64,000 nt of DNA from Flavobacteriaceae bacterium (lineage in GTDB: Bacteria; Bacteroidota; Bacteroidia; Flavobacteriales; Flavobacteriaceae). The stretch lies in the NCBI GenBank assembly GCA_003443635.1, contig CP031964.1:526321-590320 (forward strand), given 5' to 3'. How positions within the stretch are numbered: the stretch's first letter is position 1; every line of letters begins with the position of its first letter. Under the pieces are notes generated by a model. That model did no database searches, was not told the origin of the DNA, and saw only the letters and a program-made list of their open reading frames with translations. Below are positions 10,405-22,084 of the stretch, piece after piece. A program made the position numbers and the translations under genes.

Positions 10405-10860
10405 ATGGATTATATTTTTGATATTTGTTTAAAAAATAGAGCGATTTTAAGCGCTTATTTAGAAGATTTATCACTTGAAGAATTAAATAAAGTCCCAAAA
10501 GGATTCAATAATAATGTATTTTGGAATATTGCTCATGTCGTAGTAACTCAGGAGCTTTTAGTTTATACCTTATCTAATTTAGAAGGAAATATAAATAAAC
10601 AATTAATTGAAAAATACAGAAAAGGAACTAAAACAGAAGAAAATGTAACTCAAATTGAAGTTGATGAAATAAAAAGGTTATTGTTTTCTACTATTGAAAA
10701 AACAAAAGAAGATTATAACAATCATGTCTTTAAAACTTATAATGAATATACTGTATCAACTAAAGGTGTTTTGAGAAATGTTGAAGATGCCTTACATTTC
10801 AATAATTTTCACGAGGGTATACATTTAGGATATATTTTAGCTTTAAAAAAATCAATTTAA
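10405..10860 (+). CDS. DinB/YfiT-like four-helix-bundle protein
   Basis: It is 151 aa, with the conserved His in WNIAHVVVTQE and the C-terminal HEGIHLG typical of DinB_2 metal-binding proteins. Confidence 0.6.
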   Translation: MDYIFDICLKNRAILSAYLEDLSLEELNKVPKGFNNNVFWNIAHVVVTQELLVYTLSNLEGNINKQLIEKYRKGTKTEENVTQIEVDEIKRLLFSTIEKTKEDYNNHVFKTYNEYTVSTKGVLRNVEDALHFNNFHEGIHLGYILALKKSI

Positions 10861-10861
10861 C

Positions 10862-12109
10862 ATGGAATATTTTTCTGTAATTTCTGTATTAATTGCTCTA
10901 TCTGCTATTTTTGGGTACATTAATGTTAGATTTTTAAAACTACCAATTACCATAGGTCTTATGGTAATAACTTTAGTATTTACAATAATTATTGTTGCAA
11001 TAGGGCAATTTGATAATACCTTATTCTTAACAGAAAAAGCATTTATTTCTCAGATAGATTTTAAGACAGTTCTATTAGATATAATGCTAAGTTTTTTGCT
11101 TTTTGCAGGAGCACTACACACTAATTTTGCACAATTAAAAATACAACGTTGGCCTGTTTTTGTGTTTGCAACTTTAGGAGTATTGGTTTCTACATTCTTA
11201 GTAGGAATAATAATGTTTTACATACTTCAATTTATAGGATTACAAGTAGATTTTATTTACTGTTTACTTTTTGGAGCATTAATTTCTCCGACAGACCCTA
11301 TTGCAGTTTTGGGTATTTTGAAAAAAGCAGGAGCACCTAAAAAGTTGGAAACAAAAATTGTTGGAGAATCCTTATTTAACGATGGTGTTGGTGTAGTTGT
11401 TTTTTTAACAATTTTAAAAATTGCATCCTCAACTACTGGAAGCTTTGAGATTATAGAAATTGTAGAGTTATTTGGTCTAGAAGTTATCGGAGGTGTTATA
11501 TTAGGAATGATTTTGGGATGGATTACCTATAGAATGATGAAATCTATCGATAATTATGAAATAGAAGTTATTATTACTGTTGCAGCTGTTATGGGAGGTA
11601 CCGTAATTGCTCATAAATTCTGTTTGTCTGCACCTTTAGCAATGGTTACTGCTGGGTTAATTGTTGGTAATGATACCGTTAGAAATGCAGTGATGTCTGA
11701 AATTACAGAAACTTATGTCGATAAATTTTGGGAGCTTATAGATGTGCTTTTAAACACAATTTTATTTGTGATGATAGGAATGGAAATGTTAGTTCTAACC
11801 TTTGAAGGAAAATATATTCTAGCTGGATTGCTTGCGGTGCCAATTGTACTTCTATCGAGATATATTTCTTTATGGGCGCCAATAAAAATGTTTTCTAAAA
11901 AATTAGAATTTGTGCCTAACACTAATTTAATTATGACTTGGGGAGGTTTACGCGGAGGCATTTCTATTGCATTAGCACTAAGTTTAACTTCTGAAATGCA
12001 TAAAGAATTATTTCTAGTAATTACTTATATTATTGTAGTGTTTTCAATTATAGGGCAAGGCTTAACTGTAGGACCAATAGTAAAACGATTAACAAAAAGT
12101 AAAAGCTAA
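10862..12109 (+). CDS. Na+/H+ antiporter (CPA1, NhaP-type)
   Basis: It has 11 to 12 TM helices and the LFNDGVGVV and TWGGLRGGISIALAL motifs of cation:proton antiporters. Confidence 0.8.
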   Translation: MEYFSVISVLIALSAIFGYINVRFLKLPITIGLMVITLVFTIIIVAIGQFDNTLFLTEKAFISQIDFKTVLLDIMLSFLLFAGALHTNFAQLKIQRWPVFVFATLGVLVSTFLVGIIMFYILQFIGLQVDFIYCLLFGALISPTDPIAVLGILKKAGAPKKLETKIVGESLFNDGVGVVVFLTILKIASSTTGSFEIIEIVELFGLEVIGGVILGMILGWITYRMMKSIDNYEIEVIITVAAVMGGTVIAHKFCLSAPLAMVTAGLIVGNDTVRNAVMSEITETYVDKFWELIDVLLNTILFVMIGMEMLVLTFEGKYILAGLLAVPIVLLSRYISLWAPIKMFSKKLEFVPNTNLIMTWGGLRGGISIALALSLTSEMHKELFLVITYIIVVFSIIGQGLTVGPIVKRLTKSKS

Positions 12110-12825
12110 TTTATTTTTAAATAAGATTGTACTTCGTCAAACGGAATTGTAAATTCTGTTGGACCATCAGTATATGAAGCAATTTCATAAACATTATAAA
12201 ATAATAATATGCCTTCATCATTAAACCCTATGTTTTCTGGGAGAAGAAAATTTTGACCAAAAAAGTAATCTTCAAAACTTTTATCATTAGTAATTCCAAA
12301 CTTTTTCTCAAAATATGTTTTTGCCAAAGTTTTAAAGCCGTTGATATCTTCAATGAACTCTTCAAAAGATAATAAATTACCACTTTCTGGATCGAAATTT
12401 AAAAAAGTAACATTTAAACTTCCGTGAGCACCACCAGTATTTAAATAACTTGTAATAGGAATACTAATTATTTCTGAAGATTGATAAGTTATTTCTCCAT
12501 CAAAAATGGCTTCCCATATTAATTCGGAATCTTCAAAATTGGCTTTAAAAGATGAATATTCGTTATTGAAAACTTCTATTGCTGTTTCAAGCTTTAAATT
12601 TTCTATATAATCTTCAACATAATTAAGTGTATTAGCAATATGATTTTGAATTTTAGAGTTCAGCATACTTGCATTTTCAGTATTCCCTTCGGCTTTAGGA
12701 ATATTTATTTCAATCATAGCAAGATCATTATATTTTAATTCAATTTCAGAAAATGTTATGGGAACTTCTTTTTTACACGAAAAAACGGTTAATGAGATAA
12801 CTATTAAAAATATTTTTTTTTTCAT
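12106..12825 (-). CDS. lipoprotein with DUF3298/DUF4163 (RsiV-like) domains
   Basis: A lipobox is present (LTVFSCKKE). The YLNTGGAHGS motif is characteristic of DUF3298. Confidence 0.6.
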   Translation of the reverse strand: MKKKIFLIVISLTVFSCKKEVPITFSEIELKYNDLAMIEINIPKAEGNTENASMLNSKIQNHIANTLNYVEDYIENLKLETAIEVFNNEYSSFKANFEDSELIWEAIFDGEITYQSSEIISIPITSYLNTGGAHGSLNVTFLNFDPESGNLLSFEEFIEDINGFKTLAKTYFEKKFGITNDKSFEDYFFGQNFLLPENIGFNDEGILLFYNVYEIASYTDGPTEFTIPFDEVQSYLKIN

Positions 12826-12920
12826 AAGTGTAAATATTTGAAGTATTTTATACTAAAGGTATTGTATAGATTTGACTAGAACGAATTAAAAACTAAATTT
12901 GTTGCAAATAATTTTGAAAG

Positions 12921-14060
12921 TTGAAATTTAATACAAAAACAATACACGGAGGACAGCAACACGATTTAGCTTATGGAGCAGTAATGCCCCCAATTTATCA
13001 AACCTCTACATATGCACAGAGCACTCCAGGAGATCATAAAGGATACGAGTATTCACGCACACATAATCCAACTAGAAATGCTTTAGAAAATGCATTTGCA
13101 AGTATTGAAAATGGAAAATATGGCTTAGCTTTTGGTTCTGGCCTTGCTGCGATAGATGCTGTTGTAAAATTATTAAAACCAGGTGATGAGGTGATATCTA
13201 CTAGCGATTTATATGGCGGAACTTATCGCTTGTTTACTAAAATATTTGAAGATTTTGGAATTAAATTTCATTTTATAGGAATGGAAAATTCTAAAAATAT
13301 AGAACAATATATTAATGATAATACAAAGTTAGTTTGGGTAGAAACACCAACTAACCCAATGCTTAATATTATTGATATTAAAAGCGTAGCAGAAATCACT
13401 AAAAAACATAATGTTTTATTAGCAGTTGATAATACATTTGCAACACCTTATTTACAGCGTCCTTTGGATTTAGGTGCAGACATTGTAATGCATTCAGCTA
13501 CAAAGTACATAAGTGGTCATAGCGATGTAGTTATGGGAGGACTTATTGTTAAAGACGATGCTTTAGCAAAGAAACTATACTTCATACAAAATGCTAGTGG
13601 AGCTATTTGTGGCCCTCAAGACAGTTTTTTAGTATTAAGAGGTATAAAAACGTTACATGTTAGAATGCAAAGACATTGTGAAAACGGTAAAGCTGTTGCA
13701 GAATATTTAGCAAATCATCCAAAAATTGAAAACGTATACTGGCCTGGTTTTAAATCACACCCTAATCATAATGTAGCAAAAATGCAAATGGATGATTTTG
13801 GTGGAATGTTATCATTTACTTCAAAAAATAATGATTACAATGCTGCTATAAAAATTGTAGAGAAATTAAAAATATTTACACTTGCAGAATCTTTAGGAGG
13901 CGTAGAATCACTTTCTGGACATCCAGCGAGTATGACACATGCAAGTATTCCGAGAGAAGAACGCGAAAAAATTGGTGTTGTAGATTCTCTTATTAGATTA
14001 AGTGTTGGTATTGAGGATATTGATGATTTAATTTTAGATTTAGAACAAGCTCTAATCTAA
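12921..14060 (+). CDS. PLP-dependent trans-sulfuration enzyme (cystathionine gamma-synthase / beta-lyase family); TTG start
   Basis: The N-terminus MKFNTKTIHGGQ and the lysine-containing block SATKYISGHSDVVMGG (PLP site) are present. It is 379 aa. Confidence 0.85.
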   Translation: MKFNTKTIHGGQQHDLAYGAVMPPIYQTSTYAQSTPGDHKGYEYSRTHNPTRNALENAFASIENGKYGLAFGSGLAAIDAVVKLLKPGDEVISTSDLYGGTYRLFTKIFEDFGIKFHFIGMENSKNIEQYINDNTKLVWVETPTNPMLNIIDIKSVAEITKKHNVLLAVDNTFATPYLQRPLDLGADIVMHSATKYISGHSDVVMGGLIVKDDALAKKLYFIQNASGAICGPQDSFLVLRGIKTLHVRMQRHCENGKAVAEYLANHPKIENVYWPGFKSHPNHNVAKMQMDDFGGMLSFTSKNNDYNAAIKIVEKLKIFTLAESLGGVESLSGHPASMTHASIPREEREKIGVVDSLIRLSVGIEDIDDLILDLEQALI

Positions 14061-14837
14061 GTAATAGATATAACCAAAGTTAAGCCATACAAGCCAATCA
14101 TTAAATTTATTAGATGGTAATTGATGGTCTAAACCATCTATATCATCTCTAAAAAATACTTGCCACCTTAAATCTACAAGTAAATCTGATAAAGGGCTAA
14201 TTTTATAACGTGCACCAATACTAGATACTGCAGAAAAAGTTCCTCCAGATTGTGCATTTACAGACCCAGGGTCCCAAGGCAAATAAAAATTATCAGGATT
14301 ATTTATATCTCCATCCCCAAAAGAAGTACTTACTTGAGGGTTAAATAAAGTATAATGAACACCTAGACTTATATAAGGAGCAAGGCGATAAGCAAAACCT
14401 TGAAAGGAACGAATACTTCTAGGAAACCATTCTATTTGAGTACCAATATCAAAGTTTTGAGCGACTCCTTCTTGTGCTCTAAGTCTATCGGCATCTAATG
14501 AAGTTTGACTAGGATCTACAAATTCTCCTAAGTGTTCTAATTTAGTCCTATTCCAAGAAATTTCATTGCGTAGTTTAAAATGATCATTAAAATAAGTATC
14601 GGTGGTATAACAGTTACAATCAGCTCGATATGCAAAATTGATATAATGCACTATTCCAATGCCAATACCAGAATTTCCAAAATTTACACCAGCATCATTT
14701 CGAGCACCGTAATCAGATCTAAATTCTAATGGACCAGCTACAATACCTATCTCATGAGAAAAGCCTAACTGCGCAAAAGCTACTTTTATTCCTAAAAAAA
14801 AGAATAAAGTTAGAATAAATCGTTTTAAGTTAAGCAT
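14052..14837 (-). CDS. outer-membrane beta-barrel protein, uncharacterised
   Basis: It has a signal peptide, alternating amphipathic strands, and an aromatic C-terminal residue (…YIYYLD). Confidence 0.5.
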   Translation of the reverse strand: MLNLKRFILTLFFFLGIKVAFAQLGFSHEIGIVAGPLEFRSDYGARNDAGVNFGNSGIGIGIVHYINFAYRADCNCYTTDTYFNDHFKLRNEISWNRTKLEHLGEFVDPSQTSLDADRLRAQEGVAQNFDIGTQIEWFPRSIRSFQGFAYRLAPYISLGVHYTLFNPQVSTSFGDGDINNPDNFYLPWDPGSVNAQSGGTFSAVSSIGARYKISPLSDLLVDLRWQVFFRDDIDGLDHQLPSNKFNDWLVWLNFGYIYYLD

Positions 14838-15074
14838 AATGTATGATTAATGTTTAGGGTCATTATTTTGAACAAATATATAAAAATACGATAAACAAAC
14901 AAAAAATACCGACGAAATGCATTTATAGTTATAATATATAAACGAAGAAAAGGATAAAATGTTTTAAATCTTCTGTTGTGAAAATAGAAAAAAAACGACA
15001 ACTATCTTTAAATGATGACGTATATTTGTTGTCAAAATTTTTAACAAAAAATAATTACTTTAAAATAAGTATAA

Positions 15075-16418
<1,344 letters not shown>

Positions 16419-16446
16419 TAATTGCGATAAAACAATAGTAATATAA

Positions 16447-16480
16447 AAAGCTTTCAAGTTTAACTTGAAAGCTTTTTATA
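16447..16480 (+). terminator. intrinsic terminator after gdhA
   Basis: The sequence aaagctttcaagtttaacttgaaagcttttt is a 12-bp stem followed by a T-run. Confidence 0.5.
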
Positions 16481-16529
16481 TATACAATAATATTATATTA
16501 TTAATAATTGTCGTTAGTTATAAATATAT

Positions 16530-18896
16530 TTGAATACTGTATTAAATTTAATGAAACACAAGCTTATAATTATATTACTTTTCTTCTCGATTACTAGTAA
16601 TGCTCAAGATTTTTCTGCATTATGGAAAGGGCATTTTTCGTATTTAAATGTTGTGGATGTAGTTGAAGGAAATAATAAAATATATGTAGCTTCAGAAAAT
16701 GCAGTATTTTCATATGATACAGAAACATTTCAAATAGAGGAGGTTTCTACTATAGAAGGACTTTCGGGAGAATTTATTTCAACATTACATTATAGTGAAA
16801 CTTTTGAACAACTTATAATAGGATATCAAAACGGATTGATAGAAATTTATCTTGAAAGAACAAACGATGTTTTAACTGTTGTTGATATTTTAGAAGAGCA
16901 AGCTGTTCCCCCTAATAGAAAAAGAATAAATCATTTTAACGAATATAATGGAAGCATTTTTATTGCTACAGATTATGGTATTTCGGAATATGATTTAGAA
17001 CGTTTAGAATTTTTAGATTCTTTTTTTATTGGAGATGGAGGAGGTCAAATTATCGTAACTCAAACAGCTATTTTTGAAGATCGCATTTATGCATCTTGTA
17101 TGAGTAATAGTGGAATTAGAAGCGCATTAGTCGCAAGTAATAATTTGATAGACTTTCAGCAATGGACACAAATTAACGGAGGCAATTTTTTAGGAATAGA
17201 AACTGTTGGAAGTAATTTATATACTATTGCAACAAACAGAGTTATTTCTGATATAAGCACTACAAATGTATTTACCCAATTATTTACTTATAATAATAAT
17301 CCAATTGACATAAAATCGGAAAACAATAATCTTATAATTACAACAAGAAGTGAAGTATTTGTTTATGATAGCGATTTTAACATTCTTGCTACTGCAACAC
17401 CAACTTCAGAGTTTAATACACAATTTACATCTGCGACAACCTCAAATGAAGAAATTTATATAGGAACAGCAGAGTTTGGCGCTTTAAGATCAACGATTTT
17501 CAGCCCATTAATATATACGGAAATACATCCTAATGGTCCATTACGAAATGATACCTTTTCTGTACAATCTGGAGGTTCAAATACATGGGTTACCTATGGA
17601 GATTATGATATATTTTTTAATCCATCTCCACTTCGTGAATTTGGATTTAGCCACTTAAATCAAGAAGTATGGAATAATATTCCTTTTGAAGATACTTTTG
17701 ATTCAAGGAATTTAAATGCTATTTCTGTAAACCCAGAAAATCCTAGTCAAATATTTATAAGCTCTTTTCAAGATGGAATTTTAGAAGTTAATAATGGTAT
17801 TCCAACTCAACGATTAGATGAAACTAATAGCGGATTAGAATCATTAATGCTTCCAGGCAATCCTAATTTTAGAAGTTTAAGAGTTTCAGGAACGACATTT
17901 GATAATCAAGGTTTTTTATGGTCTGTTACATCATTAATAAGTAGTCCTTTAAAATATTTTAATCAAGATACCAATACGTGGAGGAGTTTTGATTTTACAC
18001 CAATAATTCAAGATCCAATAAGTGATGAATTAGGATTTAGTGATTTAGTAATAGATAATAGTGGTACTAAATTTATAGGAAGCTTTAGATCTGGAGTAAT
18101 TGGATTTAATGAAAATGGAAATGATCTCAAAAATATATTTGACGAAGATACTGCAAACTTACCGTCTCCCTCTATAGAAGCATTAGCTGTAGATAATAGA
18201 AATCAACTCTGGATAGGAACAAGACAAGGTTTGCGTGTTTTGTTTAACACATCAAGTTTTTTCACAGAAGAAAATATAAGAACAGAAGCAATTGTAATAT
18301 TAGATGACGGCATACCAAGAGAATTATTAGAAGAACAATTTATATCAGATATAAAAGTGGACGGTTCTAATAATAAATGGATAGCTACAGTTGGAGCAGG
18401 AGTGTTTTTATTTAGTCCAGATGGACAAGAGACTTTATTTCATTTTAACGTAGATAACTCACCATTACCTTCTAATAATGTAAATGATATAGCAATAGAT
18501 TCAGATAATGGAGTTGTATATTTTGCAACACAAAGGGGATTAGTATCATTCGAAGCTGGTGGTTCAAATCCTGTAAATAACTTATCTGAGGCATTTATAT
18601 ATCCTAATCCAGTTAGACCAAACTTTGACCTTAATCAAAGAAGAATTACGATTAAAGATATAAGCGAAAATGTAAATATAAAAATCACAGATATTGAAGG
18701 AAATTTAGTTGCAGAAGCAGAATCTAGAACTAATTCAAGATTTAGAGGGTTTAATTTAGAAATAGATGGGGGAACCGCCTTATGGAATGGTAAAAATTTA
18801 GCAAATAACACCGTAAGATCTGGTGTATACTTAATTCTTTTATCTGACTTAGATACCTTTGAAACTAAGGTTTTAAAACTATTGATTATTCGCTAA
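16530..18896 (+). CDS. T9SS-associated two-propeller protein with C-terminal sorting domain (PorZ-like)
   Basis: It is 788 aa with a signal peptide. It has repeated two-component-regulator-propeller-like blades, and the C-terminal about 80 aa resemble a T9SS sorting domain (…GVYLILLSD…KLLIIR). Confidence 0.55.
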   Translation: MNTVLNLMKHKLIIILLFFSITSNAQDFSALWKGHFSYLNVVDVVEGNNKIYVASENAVFSYDTETFQIEEVSTIEGLSGEFISTLHYSETFEQLIIGYQNGLIEIYLERTNDVLTVVDILEEQAVPPNRKRINHFNEYNGSIFIATDYGISEYDLERLEFLDSFFIGDGGGQIIVTQTAIFEDRIYASCMSNSGIRSALVASNNLIDFQQWTQINGGNFLGIETVGSNLYTIATNRVISDISTTNVFTQLFTYNNNPIDIKSENNNLIITTRSEVFVYDSDFNILATATPTSEFNTQFTSATTSNEEIYIGTAEFGALRSTIFSPLIYTEIHPNGPLRNDTFSVQSGGSNTWVTYGDYDIFFNPSPLREFGFSHLNQEVWNNIPFEDTFDSRNLNAISVNPENPSQIFISSFQDGILEVNNGIPTQRLDETNSGLESLMLPGNPNFRSLRVSGTTFDNQGFLWSVTSLISSPLKYFNQDTNTWRSFDFTPIIQDPISDELGFSDLVIDNSGTKFIGSFRSGVIGFNENGNDLKNIFDEDTANLPSPSIEALAVDNRNQLWIGTRQGLRVLFNTSSFFTEENIRTEAIVILDDGIPRELLEEQFISDIKVDGSNNKWIATVGAGVFLFSPDGQETLFHFNVDNSPLPSNNVNDIAIDSDNGVVYFATQRGLVSFEAGGSNPVNNLSEAFIYPNPVRPNFDLNQRRITIKDISENVNIKITDIEGNLVAEAESRTNSRFRGFNLEIDGGTALWNGKNLANNTVRSGVYLILLSDLDTFETKVLKLLIIR

Positions 18897-19615
18897 TGAT
18901 AGAGTCATCAAAAGTCATTGTATTATCTAAAATTCGATTTAAAGATCATGATTTAATAGTAAAATGTTTTACTAAAGCTTTTGGAGTTAAAAGCTATCTT
19001 TTAAAGGGAATATTAAAATCTAAAAAAGGAAAATTTAAAGCAGCATATTTTCAACCGTTAACATTATTAGATGTCGATGCAGAGTATAAAAATAATAGAA
19101 CATTACATTATTTAAAAGATGTAAAACTAAAGTATCACTATTCTACAATTCATACAAATATTATAAAGAGTTCTATTGCAATGTTTCTTTCAGAATTATT
19201 AAATTCTATTTTAATTGAAGAAGAGAAAAATGAGCCCTTATATAATTTTATTGAGACCTCTTTAATTTGGTTTGATGAAAATGAAACATATAACAATTTT
19301 CATTTTGTATTTTTAATAGAACTTACTAAATATTTAGGGTTTTATCCTGAAACTCCAAGAAACTCTACATCATATTTTAATTTAGAGGATGGTAGATTTC
19401 ATAATAAAGAAATTAGCAATTATTGTATCACTGGAAAGCATTTAACAATATTAAAACAGATTTTAGGTACAAAATTTGATAATACTAAAATACTCAACAT
19501 AAATTCGAGTGAAAAGCGTGAGTTTTTAAATATGATTTTACTCTATTTTAAATTACATTTGGACGGTTTTAAAACCCCAAAATCTTTATCAGTTTTAAAT
19601 CAAGTATATAATTAA
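18896..19615 (+). CDS. recO: DNA repair protein RecO
   Basis: The N-terminal OB fold MIESSKVIVLSKIRFKDHDLIVKCFT is present. It is 239 aa. It overlaps the upstream stop by 1 nt (TAATG). Confidence 0.85.
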   Translation: MIESSKVIVLSKIRFKDHDLIVKCFTKAFGVKSYLLKGILKSKKGKFKAAYFQPLTLLDVDAEYKNNRTLHYLKDVKLKYHYSTIHTNIIKSSIAMFLSELLNSILIEEEKNEPLYNFIETSLIWFDENETYNNFHFVFLIELTKYLGFYPETPRNSTSYFNLEDGRFHNKEISNYCITGKHLTILKQILGTKFDNTKILNINSSEKREFLNMILLYFKLHLDGFKTPKSLSVLNQVYN

Positions 19616-19616
19616 T

Positions 19617-22025
19617 ATGAAATATATTTTTCTTTTCTTTTTATGCTTATTTTCGTTTGCTATTAAGGCGCAAAACATAACTGTATTTGATCAATCCTCT
19701 AAAGAACCAATAGCAGGAGTTGCTGTATATAATAGCTCTAAATCTAAATCTGCAACATCAGATGTTGACGGTGTAGTATGTCTTGATCTTTTTTTAGAAA
19801 ATGAGAAATTATTTTTCCAACACATTTCATATATAAAAACAGTTTATACAAAATCTAAAATTGGTAAAGAAATTTTCTTGAAATCTAAATCTCAAGATCT
19901 AGAAGAAATAGTGGTTTCTACATCAAAGTTCGAACAAAATAAAAAAGAGATTGCTCAAAAAATAACAAATATAAAAAGTGAGACTGTTGCTTTAACTAAT
20001 CCACAGACTAGTGCAGATTTATTAAAAAGTAGTGGTTATGTATTTATTCAAAAAAGTCAATTAGGTGGAGGAAGTCCTATCATCAGGGGATTTTCTACAA
20101 ACAGGTTGTCATTAATAGTAGATGGTGTACGATTTAACAATGCTATTTTTAGAGGAGGAAATGTGCAAAATGTAATATCTATAGACCCTTTTTCTGTTCA
20201 AAACTCGGAAGTTACGCTTGGCCCAGGAGCAGTCATTTATGGTAGTGATGCTATTGGAGGCGTCATTAATTTTTATTCGTTAAAGCCTAAATTATCTGAA
20301 ATTGATAATTTTTCTTTTAATGGTAATGCAGCAATTAGATATGCAAGTGCTTCCAATGAGAATACTGGGCATTTAGATTTTAATTTAGGATATAAAAAGT
20401 GGGCATTTTTAACTAGTGTTAGTTATACAAATTTTGATGATTTAAGAGCGGGTGGAAATGGACCAGATGATTTTTTAAGACCAGATTTTGTGCAAAGGAT
20501 AAATAATCAAGATGTTATTGTTACTAATGACAGTCCTAGAGATCAAATATCTTCAGGGTACGATCAGATTAATTTTTTGCAGAAAGTTCACTATAAAGCA
20601 AGTGACCGTTTAAGTTTCGATTTAGGATTGCATTACACTACCACTTCAGACTATGATAGATATGATAGACTTATAAGGCGCAACAGTGATGGCCAATTAA
20701 GATCAGCAGAGTGGTTTTTTGGACCACAGCGTTGGTTTTCTGCAAATTTTCAAGTTACAAAACTAAGTAGTAGTTCCAATTTATATGATAAAATAAAATT
20801 TACTAGTGCATATCAAAATTTTCAAGAGAGTAGAAATGATAGAAACTTTAATGCTACTAACAGGCGCATAAGAGAAGAAAATGTAGATGCTTTATCTGCT
20901 AACATAGATTTTGAAAAAACGGTTTCTAACCGCTCTAAACTATCATATGGTGCAGAATACGTTTATAATTTAGTTAATTCTGAAGCTAGACAACTAAATA
21001 TTTTTACAGACGTAACGAGTGCAATTGCAACACGATATCCTGATGGTTCTAGTTGGGAATCCTTTGCGACATATATTAATTATAAATATAAGCCTAATAC
21101 AAAATTAACGTTTCAATCTGGATTACGATATAATCATATATTTATTGATGCTGATTTATCTGGAAATAACGATTTCTTTAATTTCCCCTTTGAAGATGCT
21201 AACCTTAACACAGGAGCATTAACAGGAGGAGTTGGAATAAGCTGGTCTCCTAATAATATATTTCATTGGAAACTTAATGCTTCAACTGCATTTAGAGCTC
21301 CAAATATAGATGATATTGGTAGAATTTTTGATTCTGAAGCGGGTTCTGTAGTAGTTCCTAATGCAGATTTAAAATCAGAATATGCCTATAGTGGAGAATT
21401 AGGATTAACCCTAAATTTCGATGGTAGAGTTATATTAGATTTATCTTCATATTATACCTATCTAGATGATGCTTTAATAAGGAGAGATTTTAACCTTAAT
21501 GGAGAAACTCAAATTTTATTTGATGGAGAATTGAGTAATGTACAAGCAATTCAAAATGCATCTAGATCTAATATTTATGGATTTGAAGCAGGAATTAAAA
21601 TTCATTTATCTAAAAATTTGAATTTAACATCTCAGTATAATATCATAAGAGGGAATGAAGAAGACGCTAGTGGTGTTAGAGAACCTGTAAGACATGTTGC
21701 TCCAGATTTTGGTAATACACATTTAATTTGGGAGAAAAATAAAATTAAACTTGATGCTTATTTAGAATATAATGCAACACTCTCCTTTGATGAACTAGCT
21801 CCTTCTCAAGTCGCAAATGATTTTCTTTTTGCAAAAGATGAAAATGGAAACCCATTTGCACCATCTTGGTATACCTTAAATTTAAGGTCACAATATCAAA
21901 TAAGTGATCAATTATCTTTAACAGGAACGATAGAAAATATCACTAATCAATTGTATAGACAATATTCGTCCGGTATTTCTGCGCCGGGATTAAATGCTAT
22001 TCTGGCTTTACGATATAAATTATAA
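19617..22025 (+). CDS. TonB-dependent outer-membrane receptor
   Basis: It has a signal peptide and an N-terminal carboxypeptidase-regulatory-like domain. The plug motifs are present (GGSPIIRGFSTNRLSLIVDGVRFNN, GPGAVIYGSDAIGGVINF). The barrel ends in an aromatic residue (…LRYKL). Confidence 0.85.
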   Translation: MKYIFLFFLCLFSFAIKAQNITVFDQSSKEPIAGVAVYNSSKSKSATSDVDGVVCLDLFLENEKLFFQHISYIKTVYTKSKIGKEIFLKSKSQDLEEIVVSTSKFEQNKKEIAQKITNIKSETVALTNPQTSADLLKSSGYVFIQKSQLGGGSPIIRGFSTNRLSLIVDGVRFNNAIFRGGNVQNVISIDPFSVQNSEVTLGPGAVIYGSDAIGGVINFYSLKPKLSEIDNFSFNGNAAIRYASASNENTGHLDFNLGYKKWAFLTSVSYTNFDDLRAGGNGPDDFLRPDFVQRINNQDVIVTNDSPRDQISSGYDQINFLQKVHYKASDRLSFDLGLHYTTTSDYDRYDRLIRRNSDGQLRSAEWFFGPQRWFSANFQVTKLSSSSNLYDKIKFTSAYQNFQESRNDRNFNATNRRIREENVDALSANIDFEKTVSNRSKLSYGAEYVYNLVNSEARQLNIFTDVTSAIATRYPDGSSWESFATYINYKYKPNTKLTFQSGLRYNHIFIDADLSGNNDFFNFPFEDANLNTGALTGGVGISWSPNNIFHWKLNASTAFRAPNIDDIGRIFDSEAGSVVVPNADLKSEYAYSGELGLTLNFDGRVILDLSSYYTYLDDALIRRDFNLNGETQILFDGELSNVQAIQNASRSNIYGFEAGIKIHLSKNLNLTSQYNIIRGNEEDASGVREPVRHVAPDFGNTHLIWEKNKIKLDAYLEYNATLSFDELAPSQVANDFLFAKDENGNPFAPSWYTLNLRSQYQISDQLSLTGTIENITNQLYRQYSSGISAPGLNAILALRYKL

Positions 22026-22061
22026 AAAACCACTCATATTTTTTAATATGAATGGTTTTTA
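22025..22061. terminator. bidirectional terminator between the TonB receptor gene and a convergent T9SS cargo gene
   Basis: The sequence aaaaaccactcatattttttaatatgaatggttttt is an imperfect 15-bp stem with A and T runs on both sides. Confidence 0.5.
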
Positions 22062-22084
22062 ATTCTAATTATTGAAAAATTTAA

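Noticed and set aside
10301-10498. 65-aa minus ORF spanning the ArsC-family gene start and the DinB-family gene start
   Set aside because: It overlaps two better-supported genes and has a low-complexity translation.
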